A DNA stretch of 64,000 bases from Pocillopora damicornis. Taxonomy: Eukaryota. Position 1 is the stretch's first letter, and every line of letters begins with the position of its first letter. This document shows positions 51,501-64,000 of the stretch, piece after piece. The notes under the pieces are model-generated. The model was not told the origin of the DNA. It did not search any database and saw nothing but the letters and a program-made list of their open reading frames with translations. The translations under genes and the position numbers were made by a program. The stretch spans positions 124,001 through 188,000 of the forward strand of contig NW_020846779.1 in assembly GCF_003704095.1 (NCBI RefSeq), written 5' to 3'.

Positions 51501-54500
51501 TGAAGATGAGAGGAAGGACCATGATAATAATGAATCTATCGATAGTGAAGGTAAGCCCCGTGGAACTTGTCATAGGGATTCGCAACACATTAAAATGATA
51601 CTTATTATCCTCTTTGTGCTAAAGGGGAGTTGGATGACGATGATGAAGATGAATGGAGGGACGGTGATGATAGTGAAACAAGCGATAGTGAAGGTAAGCC
51701 TCGTTAAACGTATCATATAGATATACAGCACCTTTAAAATTATACTTATGACTCTCTAAGTGCTAAAGGTGAGTAGTTGGATCACGATGAACAAGCCGAA
51801 CGAAGAGACGGTGATGGTTTTGAATCTATTGATAGTGAGGGTAAACCCTATAAAACTTATCGCTGAGATTCGCAGTAGAATTAGGGTTATTGTAATGACT
51901 CTATTTGTATGAAATGTGAGTTTTCTAATGATGAAGAAGATTTAGTGGTGAGACAGAGATGATACAAATCGATCAAAAGTGATAGTTTGCCACATATAGC
52001 GTATCATGGAGACCCATTTTAGAATAATAGAATAAGAGATACTAATATCTCACTTTGTATTTGCTAAAGGCAAGCCGGATGATTATAAAGAAGCCGAGTG
52101 GCGAGACGGTGATGATCTTGAATCTATCGATAAGGAAGGTATGCCTCGTAAAAAACTATCATGGAGATTCACAGCTTAACTAAGACGATTCTAAGGATCG
52201 ACTGTCTTTGTCCCAAAGGTGAGCCGGATAACGTTGAAGAGGCAGAGAGGAGAGAGGGGGATAATGATAATCTCAGCGATAGTGAGGGTAAGCCCCATGA
52301 GAGNNNNNNNNNNGATTCATAGCAGAATCAAGATGATACTGACAAATCTCTTCGTGCTAAAGGTGAGTTGGATGACGATGATGAAGATGAATGGAGGGAC
52401 GGTAATGGTAATGAATATAGCGATAGTGAAGGTAAGTCTCGTTAAACGTATCATGTAGATATACGGCACCTTTAAAATAATACTTATGACTCTCTATGTG
52501 CTAAAGGTGAGTTGGATCATGATGAATATGCCGAATGAAGAGACGGCGATGGTTATGAATCTATTGATAGCAAGGGTAAACTTCATAAAACGTATCATGC
52601 AGATTTGCAGTAGAAATAAGATTACTGTAATGACTCCCTTTGTATGAAATGTGAGTTTTCTAATGATGAAGAAAAATGAGTGGAAAGACAGANNNNNNNN
52701 NNNNNNNNNNNNNNNNNNNNNNNNNNNNNNNNNNNNNNNNNNNNNNNNNNNNNNNNNNNNNNNNNNNNNNNNNNNNNNNNNNNNNNNNNNNNATACTAAG
52801 GACTGTCTTTGTCTCAAAGGTGAGCCCGATAACGATGAAGACGCAGGGTGGAGATTCAGTGATAATCATGATACCAGCGACAGTGAGGGTAAGCCCCGTG
52901 AAACTTATCATGGGCATTCAAAGCAGAATGAAGATGATACTAACGACTCTCTTCGTGTTAAAGGTGAGTTGGATGAGGATGTGGAAGCTGAATGGAGAGA
53001 CTATGATGATCAAAAATCTATTGATAGTGAAGGTAAGCTTCATAAAACATATCATGGAGATTCATACACATTTAATATGATACTAATGTGCCCTATTGTG
53101 TTTAAGGTGGGTTGGATGATGATAATGATGATGAATGGAGGGACGGTTATGATATTGAAGCTATCGAAAGTGAAGGTAAGCCTCATGAAAACTTATCACG
53201 AAGAGTCGCAACACATTTAAAATGATATTGATAGTGAAGGTAAGGTTCATAAAACATATGGAGATTCGCAACACAGAAATTCACAGCTTAACTAAGACGA
53301 TACTAAGGACTGTCTTTGTCTCAAAGGTGAGCCCGATAACGATGAAGACGCAGAGTGGAGATTCAGTGATAATCATGATACCAGCGACAGTGAGGGTAAG
53401 CCCCATGAAACTTATCATGGAGATTCAAAGCAGAATGAAGATGATACTAACGACTCTCTTTGTGCTAAAGGTGAGTTGGATGACGATACAGAAGCCGAAT
53501 GGAGAGACGGTGATGATAAAAAAACTATTGATAGTGAAGGTAAACCTCATGAAACATATCATGAAGATTCGCAACACATTTAAAATGATACTAATGACCC
53601 TCTTTGTGCTGAAGGTGAGTTGGATGACGATGATGAAGATGAATGGAAAAACGGTGATGATAATAAATCTATCGATAATGAAGGTAAACCTCATGGAACC
53701 TATCATGTAGATTTAAAGCATATTTAAAATGATACTTATGACCCTCTTTGTGCTAAAGGTGAGTTGGATTTCAATGGAGAAGATGAGTGGGGAGACACTG
53801 ATGATCTTGAATCTGTCGATAGTGGAGGTAAGCCCCAAGAAACTTATCATGGAGATTCATAACGGAATTAAAATGATACGTACGACTCTCTTTCTACGAA
53901 AGGTGAGCCTGAAATTTTTCACGCCTTATTTTCGCTAATGGGAGGATCGCAGAACTTAATTAGGGAATGATTCTATCGGTAAAGTGAAGGTAAGCCCCAT
54001 GCAACGTGACATGGATGTTTATTGAGGATTAAGATTATACTAATAACTCTCTTTGCGCTAAAGGTGGGCTAGATGATGACAAAGAAGCTGACACTGAAGG
54101 TAAGTCCCATGAAGTTATCATGGAGATAAACAGCAGAATTAACACGATACTAATAACTCTCTTTGTGCTAAAGGTGAGATGGATGACGACGAGGAAACCC
54201 TGTGGTTAGGCGGCGATGATCTTGAATCTGTCAATAGTAAAGGTAAACTCCAAGAAACCTATCATGAAAATTCACAGCAGAATAAAAATGATACTTATGA
54301 CCTTCTTTATACTAAAGGTGAGTTAGATGACGATGAAGGAGACGACTGGAGCGACGGTGATGATCTTGAATCTATCGATGGTGGAGGTAAGCCCCCTGAA
54401 ACTTATCAGGGAGATTCACTCGTTGCTAGAGATGACTTCATAGATACCGAAGCTTCAGTTCCAGATACCGAAGGATTTAAGGACGTTCTTGAATTCGCAG

Positions 54501-54604
54501 ATTATTTCGCACAAACTGAAGATACAGAGTGGAGTGACGATGATGGCGAAGAGGTTTCTGAAGGCTATGGAGTTCGTGATGAGGACTCAGAATTTGCATG
54601 GTGA
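48515..54604 (+). CDS. Predicted secreted Asp/Glu-rich repeat protein encoded by many short phase-1 exons
   Basis: Exon 1 48515-48611 MKLWVGIVFLVVYAQLGINARPIPRLRPLMSD (signal-peptide-like, phase-1 donor GTAGGT). Possible exon 49301-49390. About 27 open exons, mostly 69 nt, consensus GELDDDEEAEWRDGDDxESIDSE, from 49497. Acidic terminal segment ends at TGA 54604. The exact exon set is unverified. Confidence 0.62.
49440..54420 (+). repeat. Tandem array of diverged 144-bp units (about 33 visible, two large gaps)
   Basis: The AAG|GTGAG junction recurs every 144 bp, for example at 53327, 53471, 53615, 53759 and 53903. Confidence 0.95.
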
Positions 54605-55582
54605 AACGACGACGACGACGAAAACTTTTTAAACTTTTTAAACTTTTTTGATGACTTTGGAAATGATCTGGAGGAAATCTGAAGCTCAGAGGGAAAAGAG
54701 GACCTTTCTTATTTTCAATTATTTCAATATGATAACTGTTAACCTGCCTTTGTGGAGTCCATATTTTCTGGAAGGGGAGGCCCCTTAATCAGGATATTTC
54801 AGTGAAGACAATATGTGACTGCATTTAACTTGATTCCAATTAATGAGTGAAAGTTTCGATTTCTTTTCCTGAAATTGCAGGTCCATTTTCAATTTGTGAT
54901 CGTAACAATAAAACTCTGACAAGTTAAAAACTTATTTCTGCAAAGTGTGATAACTCTAAGTGCGTAGTGGTGCGATAATGCCTAGTTATCAATTTTCGTC
55001 GTTTAATTTGGCTCATCCGCTTCTTCACTGACCGAGTGCCTATCTCAGGCCATGGTTCAATCAGGTTTAGGCTCAATGTCATCCAAATTGTATTGCAAAA
55101 TATTTCGCGCTCTTAACGGTTGTCACTTAATCAAGGAATGCCATTGGTGACAACAATCGATCAGTGTCATCAAGACTTACAAATTATAATCGCAGAATAA
55201 ATGCATAGCTTAGATTGTTGCTATTCATCGGAACAACGGTGACAAGGGTCGTTTATTATTATTCTGCGCATGATTTAATGTACCCCTATAGCGTAGTGAC
55301 TTCTCGTGTACTGCATACCCTATGTATTTTTGTGAATGTTCTTTCGTTTTACTTGAATTACCTTTTTAATTTCTCCTACTTTCTCAACCCCTTCTCATCT
55401 GTTCGTCATACACGAACAGTTGCTTTCTCAATCCGTGGACTTTGTAGACTTTTGTACAGATGTTTGGGTTTAAGCTGTACTACTTGTTGCCTAAGGAGCT
55501 TGAAACAGCTCTGAGAGTTCTTCACAGACGCTCGTGCTACTTTGAAATGGTAGATGTATATGGTAATACGTTGATAATACTA

Positions 55583-55880
55583 TTAATAATAATAATAACA
55601 ATAATGATTATAGTATGATAATAACGTTGATAATAATAATAATAGTAATGAGAATAATGGAATTTCGCAGTGGACATTCCACGACGTGGATCTTCCTCTC
55701 CACTTTTTGGTGGGGGAAAAAACCGGAAGACCGGAGTATTTCCCTCGAGCAAGGCGAGAACCAACAAAAAACTCAACCCGGCTACATGTGACACCAGTTC
55801 CGGCGATTGAACCCGAGCAACAGAGGAGGGAGGCAAGCGCTAGCACCACAGTGCTAGCACCACTGCGCCATTCCCGCTCC
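55583..55880 (-). mobile_element. tRNA-derived SINE with (TTA)n tail
   Basis: Minus strand head with A-box TGGCGCAGTGG and B-box-like GGTTCAATCGCC, body GGGTTGAGTTT..GTTGGTTCTC..TACTCCGGT, then a TTA microsatellite tail. Confidence 0.75.
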
Positions 55881-57899
55881 TCCGAAGTCGACGCATTGGT
55901 ATTTTTTGTGGGATTACTTTTTTACTTTATGAAAAATTAACGATTAATCAAGCGAGGAAAGGACGGGTTACCCTACAAATCGTGTAGAGTGCAATAAAAA
56001 ATTTAAATTCAGGGGCGCCCGCTTGCCACACTCAAACTGCACGGTGTTTTTTATCGGAGACATTGCTATATTTGGTCATATTTGTTTTCTCCGTCATGTT
56101 TAAAGGTCAATTTCGTATCGCAACGTTTTACTTCTGAAGTTGAAGCTTAGGTCAACCAGCTGAATGATATCGCTTCAGCACCGTTATTATTTTTATTTCT
56201 AAGACCGGAAGGATTGTTTTTAATCCGAGGCAGTCGTGTTCAGTTCACACCAACTTTACCTCCAACAATAACGTTATCGTTGTGTACGTTCTCTTTAACA
56301 TAAACAATTGAGGGAACAAATTAGTGGCGGAAAAACCTATTCCCCCTTCCGAAGGCGACAAAAGTTCAACTTTATGGTAGTGGTGTTGCTAAAAGGAATT
56401 AAGCTACTACACTTGCTAGGCGGACGTTAGGAAAGTAGAGAGTGTTAGTATGTTTAGACTGAAAACAGTAATAACAAGGACAACTAACACTAGCACTAAG
56501 ACTGCCACACTTTTGAGCTGCATCTGTAAGTGACTCTCGCAGAAATTATGTAAGGCCGTTTAAGCCCTGTTTTTTGTGGACTTTACACTTATTTTGCTTT
56601 TCGCTCAAAACACTCGGACTTTAAACTATGGTAACATAAAACCTTACCAAATTACGTTCGATGTTTTGAAATGGAAAGCAATTGACTTACGGTCGGAATT
56701 CTTGGAGTTCATAGGATTGAAAGGTCCCTTCTTAAATTTTCGTCTCAAGACGTCTTTAAAGGAGATTAAGGTATGAATTTGAAATACATTACATGGTGCT
56801 CTCATATCGCTTGCTGAATAATTAAAAACAATAGAGCTTTACAACGATACTTAAGAAGCTGTAATTATGTACTATGCCCAAAAACGTTCTCTATCAGAAA
56901 AAAGTAAAGAAATCGTAGGAGAACACTGTTATAGGTTTTTTCTTCTAGTGAAGGATCTCTAATATCTAAGGAGGGTCAATGCATTTTACCTAAGCTCCAA
57001 CCAGCTTTATTCAAAGCGCTCAAAGCTAACTTTGCCCCTTTGCCATCGAACGATTTTCATACGTGCCTTGACCAGAGGATTGAAGTTTGAAATGGTGGGA
57101 GAGGCATGGCAATCATTATTAATTTCTTAGTGTTATTAAAAAATACGTAAAACGTTTTACGGATTTTATCTCGGAAAATCTTCACCAGATTTTTTATCAA
57201 CTTCGGGGATCTGTTTATTGGGATAGCCTTGCTGTTGAGTGAATTTCAACCAATTAAATACAGCCATTTAAAAATTGTTATGCCACTTTTGTTGACGGAA
57301 ATATCTCTAAATTAAGGGGGCCCTCTGGTTGAAATTTGGCAAGATTAAAAAAATTTTTTGCTTAATTTTTTTTTTTTGGAAAATATTTACTTGAATCTAT
57401 CAAGATTTTGAATATGTTGTTTGTTTTTGCATAAATTATTTTGCAGAGTAAAATAAACGACGTTGTTTTGAAGATTTTTTTTCGCTGCCACGGTAACTTG
57501 TTCAAAACAACCGAATTTTCTCGGCTTAAATGTAAAAGGAACACTCTGTTCCACGTTCCCGTGTTCCCAAAAATCCCGTAGTTCATTCCAAATTCTAAAA
57601 GTTATTTTAGAGGCCTGGATACACAGCCACAGGAAGCTACTGGGGGCTACAACAGGGTCTGGCAAAGTCGCCAGTTTTGATCAAAGTGTATCAGTTCACA
57701 GTTCATAAAAGCTGGGGGAAAAACAGTCTGTTTTAAAGAAAGGTATTTCAAATAAGCGTAAAGGGTTCAAAGGTGTTCAAAAACAAACTGTAAATATCAC
57801 GTTCGTCGGTGAAGATGATGTGATGAGCGAAATGATTCCGCCGCCAGCAATCCCGGTTTCTTCGCGAAAACTTGGCGCTTGTGCGGTTGATACCTCTTC

Positions 57900-58560
57900 C
57901 TCGGACGAAAGTAGACGATGATGACTTAGAAATTGCTCAAGGATATCGCCTGATATCAATGGAAAGTCTCAGGAAGTTTTTAAACAAAATACATACTCAC
58001 GTCCCATGTGCCTCAGGTGAGTCTGTTGAAATTTTTGCATAGTGCTACTTATCATGTCGGAAAATATGAAACAAAATCCATGATCCACTAATTTATCGGG
58101 ATTTAAACTAGAAAATTGATAGATTGTTTCTTTTTATTTCTCATGTAGATAAGTTGAAGTATTAGAGAGCACTGTAAACAGAATGGGGATGAGCAGTTCA
58201 GTCTTTGTCAAGTGTGATTGTGGCATGATAGAGTTCTTTGCCAATGGTGATCACCCCTCCAACGATACCACTCCAAGGAAAATTCAAGGCAAAGATCTGA
58301 ATTGAAAAATAGTGTACAGTGCATTAGTGATGGGAGTTCAAAAAGAGGGAATTGCCAAGCTGTGTGAAATGCTTAACATGCCATTCAGTATGTCACTCAC
58401 AACCTGTTAGTGATAATGCTAAAATGGAAGCCAGGAGAAGGGATTCAGAGAGAGTTAAATAGGCAGAGAAGAGAGTACAAAATCAGCACAAGAAATACAG
58501 AGTTGCCAGCAGACAAGCTAAACAGTGCAATGAGGATCTCAGGATGCGTGGAAATGGTGT
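57900..58560 (+). pseudogene. Mutator-like transposase fragment, with intron
   Basis: GYRLISMESL..HVPC, intron about 58017-58148, then GMSSSVFVKCDCG..DLN*KIVYSALVMGVQKEGIAKLCEMLNMP. Confidence 0.6.
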
Positions 58561-59229
58561 GACATGTGCAGCTGGGACTCTTGGGGAAATAGAATCTTGC
58601 AATGAAGGCAAAAAGAAGAAAAAGACTAAGTAGACCAGGAAATAACTTTGGGCATATTTGTTTCAAAATGGTCTTGCCAACATATTGTGTTTTTATGTTA
58701 AAGGCCAACTTGGACCCATATTTCCATATATTTTTTCCTTTAAATTGTATTTCCTGCAAATATGGATTTTTCATGAAAATCTGGGTGCCCCCTGAAATTT
58801 CTCAGGATGTATTTGTGCAAACATCACCAAATTTGCCAGATATTGAGACATGACATACTACAAACCTATTGAGCAAAATTCAGTTTGACTGAAAAGTATT
58901 GGAGTTTTGAGGAGTTAATCTTTTCTCGGAATGAATTGGTTGCCATGGCAACATTAATGGTCAAAACTCAATTTTGCTCTATAAGTTTGAAGTGCTTTTT
59001 ACGTAGATCCATGTTTCTTAAAACCAGCTCAGTTGGATGTATTTTGTGCTTTAAATTTGAGGGGGCAGAAGAAAGGTTTAAAAGTGATAGTCTTTGTATT
59101 TGTTAATTAGGTTTAACCCTTTAACTCCCAAGATCTGATTGTTAATTCTCCCCTGGCTAGCTGCTACACATTTCCTCGTAAATTAGTTATGAGAACTTAG
59201 TGCTAGATCAAGATAGCAGCTTCTCCCAG

Positions 59230-59990
59230 GACCAAAACAACATATTTCCAGTTCGCTTTATTCAAACTATCCTTCACCCTATTGCTAAAGGACTTGAATT
59301 GAGCCCAATTAGCAGTGGGTCCCTTGAGGATTTTGCTTTCCTCCACAAGCGCCGTTTCTTTTAAACAAGGATTCGTAATTCAGAATTAAACCATGGTATA
59401 TTCCTTTTATACTTCAGGGACTTTGTTGGAATGTTACGTTCAACTACTTCCATAAACAGTGCTTTCCATGCATCCCAAACATCATTCATATCATCCACTA
59501 AGAAAGCAGTAGTCCAAGGTATATTTGAGAAATCGTCCCGTAGACCATTCCAATTAGCAGAACCAAAGTCATGAACAATCCTGGAGGTTTGCCTAGGTCG
59601 TGATATTTTGAGTCTCAAATTAAATACAATAGAATTATGATCAAACACTAAGGTCAAACAACAAATCAGGAGCCGTAGGTAACACCAAATCCAATATGTT
59701 ATCTCCCCGTGTAGGATTCAAGACCATTTGATGGGAAAGGTAATCTTGAGATATGGAGCAAAACATCGAGGATAAAGTATCAAAGCCAATAGGACAAGAC
59801 GGATTGGACCAGTCAACCCTTGGGTAGATTGAAATCTCCAAGTAATAAAGTTGTTAAATTGCATCCACTTCTCTCTAACAGGCACAATGATTTTTCTAAC
59901 TCCAGCAAATGAGAATAAACAAATCTGGTCAACTTTATTATTGGCTGGTATATAGGGTCGTATACTTTCCTCCTGCTAATTTTCAGCAGG
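59230..59990 (-). mobile_element. CR1/L2 LINE endonuclease and linker fragment
   Basis: QMVLNPTRGDNILDLVL, FDHNSIVF, ANWNGLRDD, IPWFNSEL; frameshifted. Confidence 0.8.
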
Positions 59991-62900
59991 TTACCATAAA
60001 TGGTTATGATCCTGTGACTGTTTTAGTTATGACCTACTCTATTTGTGGATTTCAACCAAAGGGCCTCTTTAAGTCCTGTTAAATAATCCCCTTATTTTTT
60101 CGTTGAGCCGAGAAATATTACCCTTTGAATTGCATTGGTTTTCTGTTAGCGTCATGATGTTAAGTTGACAGCTATTTTATTTCCCTTTTTTCCAGTAACG
60201 ATCTGGCATCTAGCACAGTAACTTTTTGTCAAGCGTAGCGTCATTCAAATAAACGTTTACGACAGTTTACGAGAACAAAAGGAATCGACAACAGCTATCA
60301 ACTTCGTTTACGAACCCAGCATAAAACTGAAGCAATTGAATAGGTTGTAATTCTCGGCGTTAATTTTCATACTACACAAAATTAAGAAGGAAAGGAAGAG
60401 GGGGCTCGTAGGCCCCGCCTCCGCCGCTCCCTCGTGCCAGCCCTATATATCCTAAAGAGCAGGCTATTAGCTTGAATCGTTCTTGTTGGCTTCTTCTTGA
60501 TTCTACTGAAATTTTATGAATCTAGATTAGTGTATATGTTTTGCGTTTTAACAAAATAATAGCTGATTCTCTTTGAAATTGGGTCAAATGAAACTTCAGT
60601 GCGCTTGGCTTATATATTACTTTTCTAGTTTTGAAGATAACTGCAGTGACTGTAGTTGTCAATAATTTAATCACACTTTATTATGATGTATGTTTTATTC
60701 CATATAACTCACTGTTTTCGAAGAAAGATGTTTGCATCATGAATGAAAATATTCTTGCGGTACATAGGTAAGTCAGGAGCCCATCAGGTACGTTAAATAT
60801 TTATGGAACAACGGATTCAAAATTTGTACAATGCACAGTAATTTTTCCTTGCCAAAATCGAACAATAGCAAGCTTCTAGGAGTAAGCTTCATACATAAAT
60901 GTTTCATATCAACATTCTACGTTCTTCTTCGTTTTCATATGTTTTCTTCTGTTGTCATTACCGTCTAGTTGTTCTAAGAATGCTAAAACTTTGATCAGCT
61001 TGTTACACTGACGAGTGAAAAGGCCATTATTGCTGCTGGCAGTTTTTCTTTGTGTATAGCAGTGACATAAATCGACTTGTACTTTCACCTGCAGTAGTTT
61101 GAAATGCCTAACGCGTGTGATTCTATTGCTTCAGCAAGTCTGCTTTCACTTTCATAAGATAATAAAACTAGCAATAAATTTACTCATTTCCCCAGAAATT
61201 GCAGATCATCACAATCACCCCGTAAGATTTCAGCTTGTGTTGTTGCTTGTTGCGCTCCTTCATTACCAAGGTTTGCAAAAATTATTTGTTTGAACGGATT
61301 TTTCGCGAATCACGTTCTCTTGCTCAAAAGTACAATAAGCTGGAGATAAACCTTGACATATGATAAAATAACCATCCGAATGTAGAAATCATTAGATAAG
61401 TGACATGGCACAAGCTAGATAGACCATACTCACGAGACGTCAATGAGATTTCTGATGATTGTCAGAGGGTTTCATGTCTTTCAGAGTGGCTACTTTGATA
61501 GCACTAGTCCCTCATGAGATCATGCCTGGAGTCAAGACGGATAACTTATTTGTCCGTGAGTTATGTGCTTACTTTAAAAATTGTGCGATTAAATATTAAA
61601 AAAGCCATTTCACTATATTTCATTTCTTTGCGACTTGCGAAACATGCAATCGATCTATCCAGGCGCGAATGATTTTGCCCGGCACGCGAGTGCCTAACGT
61701 CACGCGCGCGTGTTTCTTGCGGACTCGATAAATTCTTTGTCAATGACATCTGTTCATCCATTTATTCGTGGTGGGGTGCATAGGTATGTTGTGGTGCGTC
61801 ATACGCTGGTGTAAGATATGGCAGTTTCCCTTTGGTTCCTATGATCTAGCCTATGTCGCAGTAGTTCTTTACGGCTTGTAGGTTCGTGGAGGCGCCAGGG
61901 TCACGAGCGTGGTATCCGCGCAAGAATGTTGTTGTTAGATCACGCGCCCACGAAGTCGTTCGATATAGAGAAAACATCATGCGAGGTCTAAAGTCTAGTT
62001 TGTCTTGTGCGGCGTCTAAAGTCTAAATTCCTCCTATGCACAGCCTGGAAAATGAGATTTTCAGTTTCGATGTGATATCACCAGTTACTGAAATTTACTA
62101 AAAGGGAAGTCGACCCGAGAGAATCAACCAGTTTAATATTAAATTTGCCTCGTACCTTTAGCCACAATTTAATTGATTTCTATCGACATTAACTCGTTTT
62201 CATTCCATATTTTATTTTTTGTTGACAAACTTTAATTAATAGTTGGGCCTAATTCGTACTGAACAAACTCTCCAAGATAGACAATTTCTTGCAATGTTTT
62301 CTTGATGTACCATGGGCGACTCTCAACTTTCGCAGTTTAATTGCCCAATATTTTCCTGGAGTTTCAGTAGGAAACATTGCGAAATTTCGCGGTTCGCTCG
62401 CCGTTCGCTCTCAGACAATAACGACATGGATTAATCCAACGTCGAAAACCTTACCATTCGAGCGACTTCATCCTAGACTCTGCGTTAGTTAGATAGTACC
62501 AGCTCTTAAGTTGTCAGAGTTGTGAGTCTTATTGCTCAACAAAAATAATATTTGAGAAAGGCGGTATTTATCATTGTTAGTACTTGATAATACATAGGAA
62601 TAACTCATCAGTGTCTGATTTTATCACCCTCTGAAAGAGCTCCCCAAGGGATTATGTCCTTGAGGAATCCGCTATGGTAAAGAATAGCCCGGTTTCTGAA
62701 GGTCGGACACAGAACATTTGTTATAATTACCCAGGAAGGAAATTCCTTTTAATACACACCTAAATCGTCTTCTGTTTCAAAACATGCAAAGGGTGAGTTT
62801 TCACAGGGTCAACCAAAAACAGGCATAATTAATTGATTTATTTAGCTTGGTCGGTGTCAATTCTGTCTTGACAAAATTATGGATACTTGCACACATGTAA

Positions 62901-64000
62901 CAACAACAGGCATGGTGCCATGATACTCCAAGAAGTTTATACAAGTGAGACTCGGGGAGTTTGAATGAGGTAACCTGTTCGGAAAGAGTGTGGCACAACG
63001 GGTTGACTTTTAGTTTCAGGGTCTGGCACATCGTTGTGCACCGATCGGGGCAGATCGTTCGGACAGGATTAAATATGGGGTTTTTGCATCCGTGACTAAA
63101 TTCATGTAGGCATTTTCAGTTACTGTAACAGAAAATGAGAAATATAACATGTCATTGCGCGAATAAGCTCTTTACGTCACTCGTGCGTCACTGAAGTTGT
63201 AGATTCTGTACATGATGTGGCAATGACATTAAATTAAACTCGTTCGTTCTTGCACAAATGTACTTTGATGGTGTTTGTTTTTCGCCGAGGTCTTTCTCAA
63301 TCTCTCCTCCTGCAGTCTTGATATGTATATATGTATTTTTTCTTTATTTTTCGTGGCTAGTTTTTGGTTGAAGAAAGTCATGCGCATTCTTCACTAGAAC
63401 GTTTAGTAGAGGTGAATAAATCACAAAACCAATCATAACAAAACGACGCGGGCCGGGCAGAGTGAATTTAAACAAAAGAAATAGAAAACCTCATATATCC
63501 TTTAAAGTTTCTTGTGTCTTTCTTTTTTACACTTGTGGAGGTAGAAAGAATTTACAGCTAGTAATCAAACCAGCATCTATTCCGTTAGATATTGTTCACA
63601 GATGATCTTACCTAGAACAAGGATCTCTCAGTTTACTATTTAAGAGAATACTTTGCATAAGGTCTGGACAGAATACACTAAGGAATAATGTACTCGAAAC
63701 CTAACATTAGAAGGGGTGCCAAAAAATGATCAAATAACAGGTTAAGAGCAAAAAATATAGTGTATCCGGCGCTATCGCTTAAATGCAAGACGATCAAGTT
63801 CAAAACTTTTAGGCTGAAAACTATTCAAAGCGCACTGCAGTCTGCGCTTAAATGTTGTTCGATCCATTCATCCGTGTCTTTCTGTTCATCTACTGTACTG
63901 GCTATGCGTTCCCACCTGCTCTCAGCACTGGGATATTTTTTAGCAGCAATTGAATGATCTAGCCGAAATAGTTTACTTATCTTTACAACATAAAAAACGG

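Noticed and set aside
49789-53938. Met/Ile/Lys-rich ORFs in the ORF track (MKMILTTLFVLKVSW...) and their antisense ORFs
   Set aside because: They are shifted-frame readings of GAT/GAA-rich codons. The splice phase and signal exon fit the acidic frame.
49440-54420. CRISPR-like repeat-spacer array
   Set aside because: Both halves of each unit are homologous between units, so there are no unique spacers. No cas genes, and the context is eukaryotic.
55800-55880. tRNA gene
   Set aside because: A and B boxes belong to a SINE head; no cloverleaf.
60000-64000. Short ORFs and possible minus-strand exons (for example 62801-63031)
   Set aside because: No recognisable domain or consistent exon chain.

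Overview
Animal genomic DNA with spliceosomal introns and assembly gaps. The repeat families and histone arrangement resemble a stony coral (inference). The left 25 kb is nested, decayed transposons: Harbinger, hAT, L2/CR1 LINEs, a Polinton/Maverick capsid remnant, a Gypsy element with both LTRs, and a DIRS-type recombinase. Next come an 8-exon deoxynucleoside-kinase/NDUFA10-family gene (+), one replication-dependent histone quintet (H1, H3, H4, H2A, H2B, each with a 3' stem-loop) and the 5-exon V-ATPase subunit F gene (-). The most unusual region is 48.5-54.7 kb. A signal-peptide exon is followed by about 33 tandem 144-bp units, each reading as a 69-nt phase-1 Asp/Glu-rich exon plus a 75-nt GT-AG intron. 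Stops and frameshifts cluster in the intron half, most exons begin with a second donor (AG|GTGAG), and some introns remain open reading frame. This predicts a modular secreted acidic protein, a candidate for biomineralisation. All alignments and counts were made by eye.
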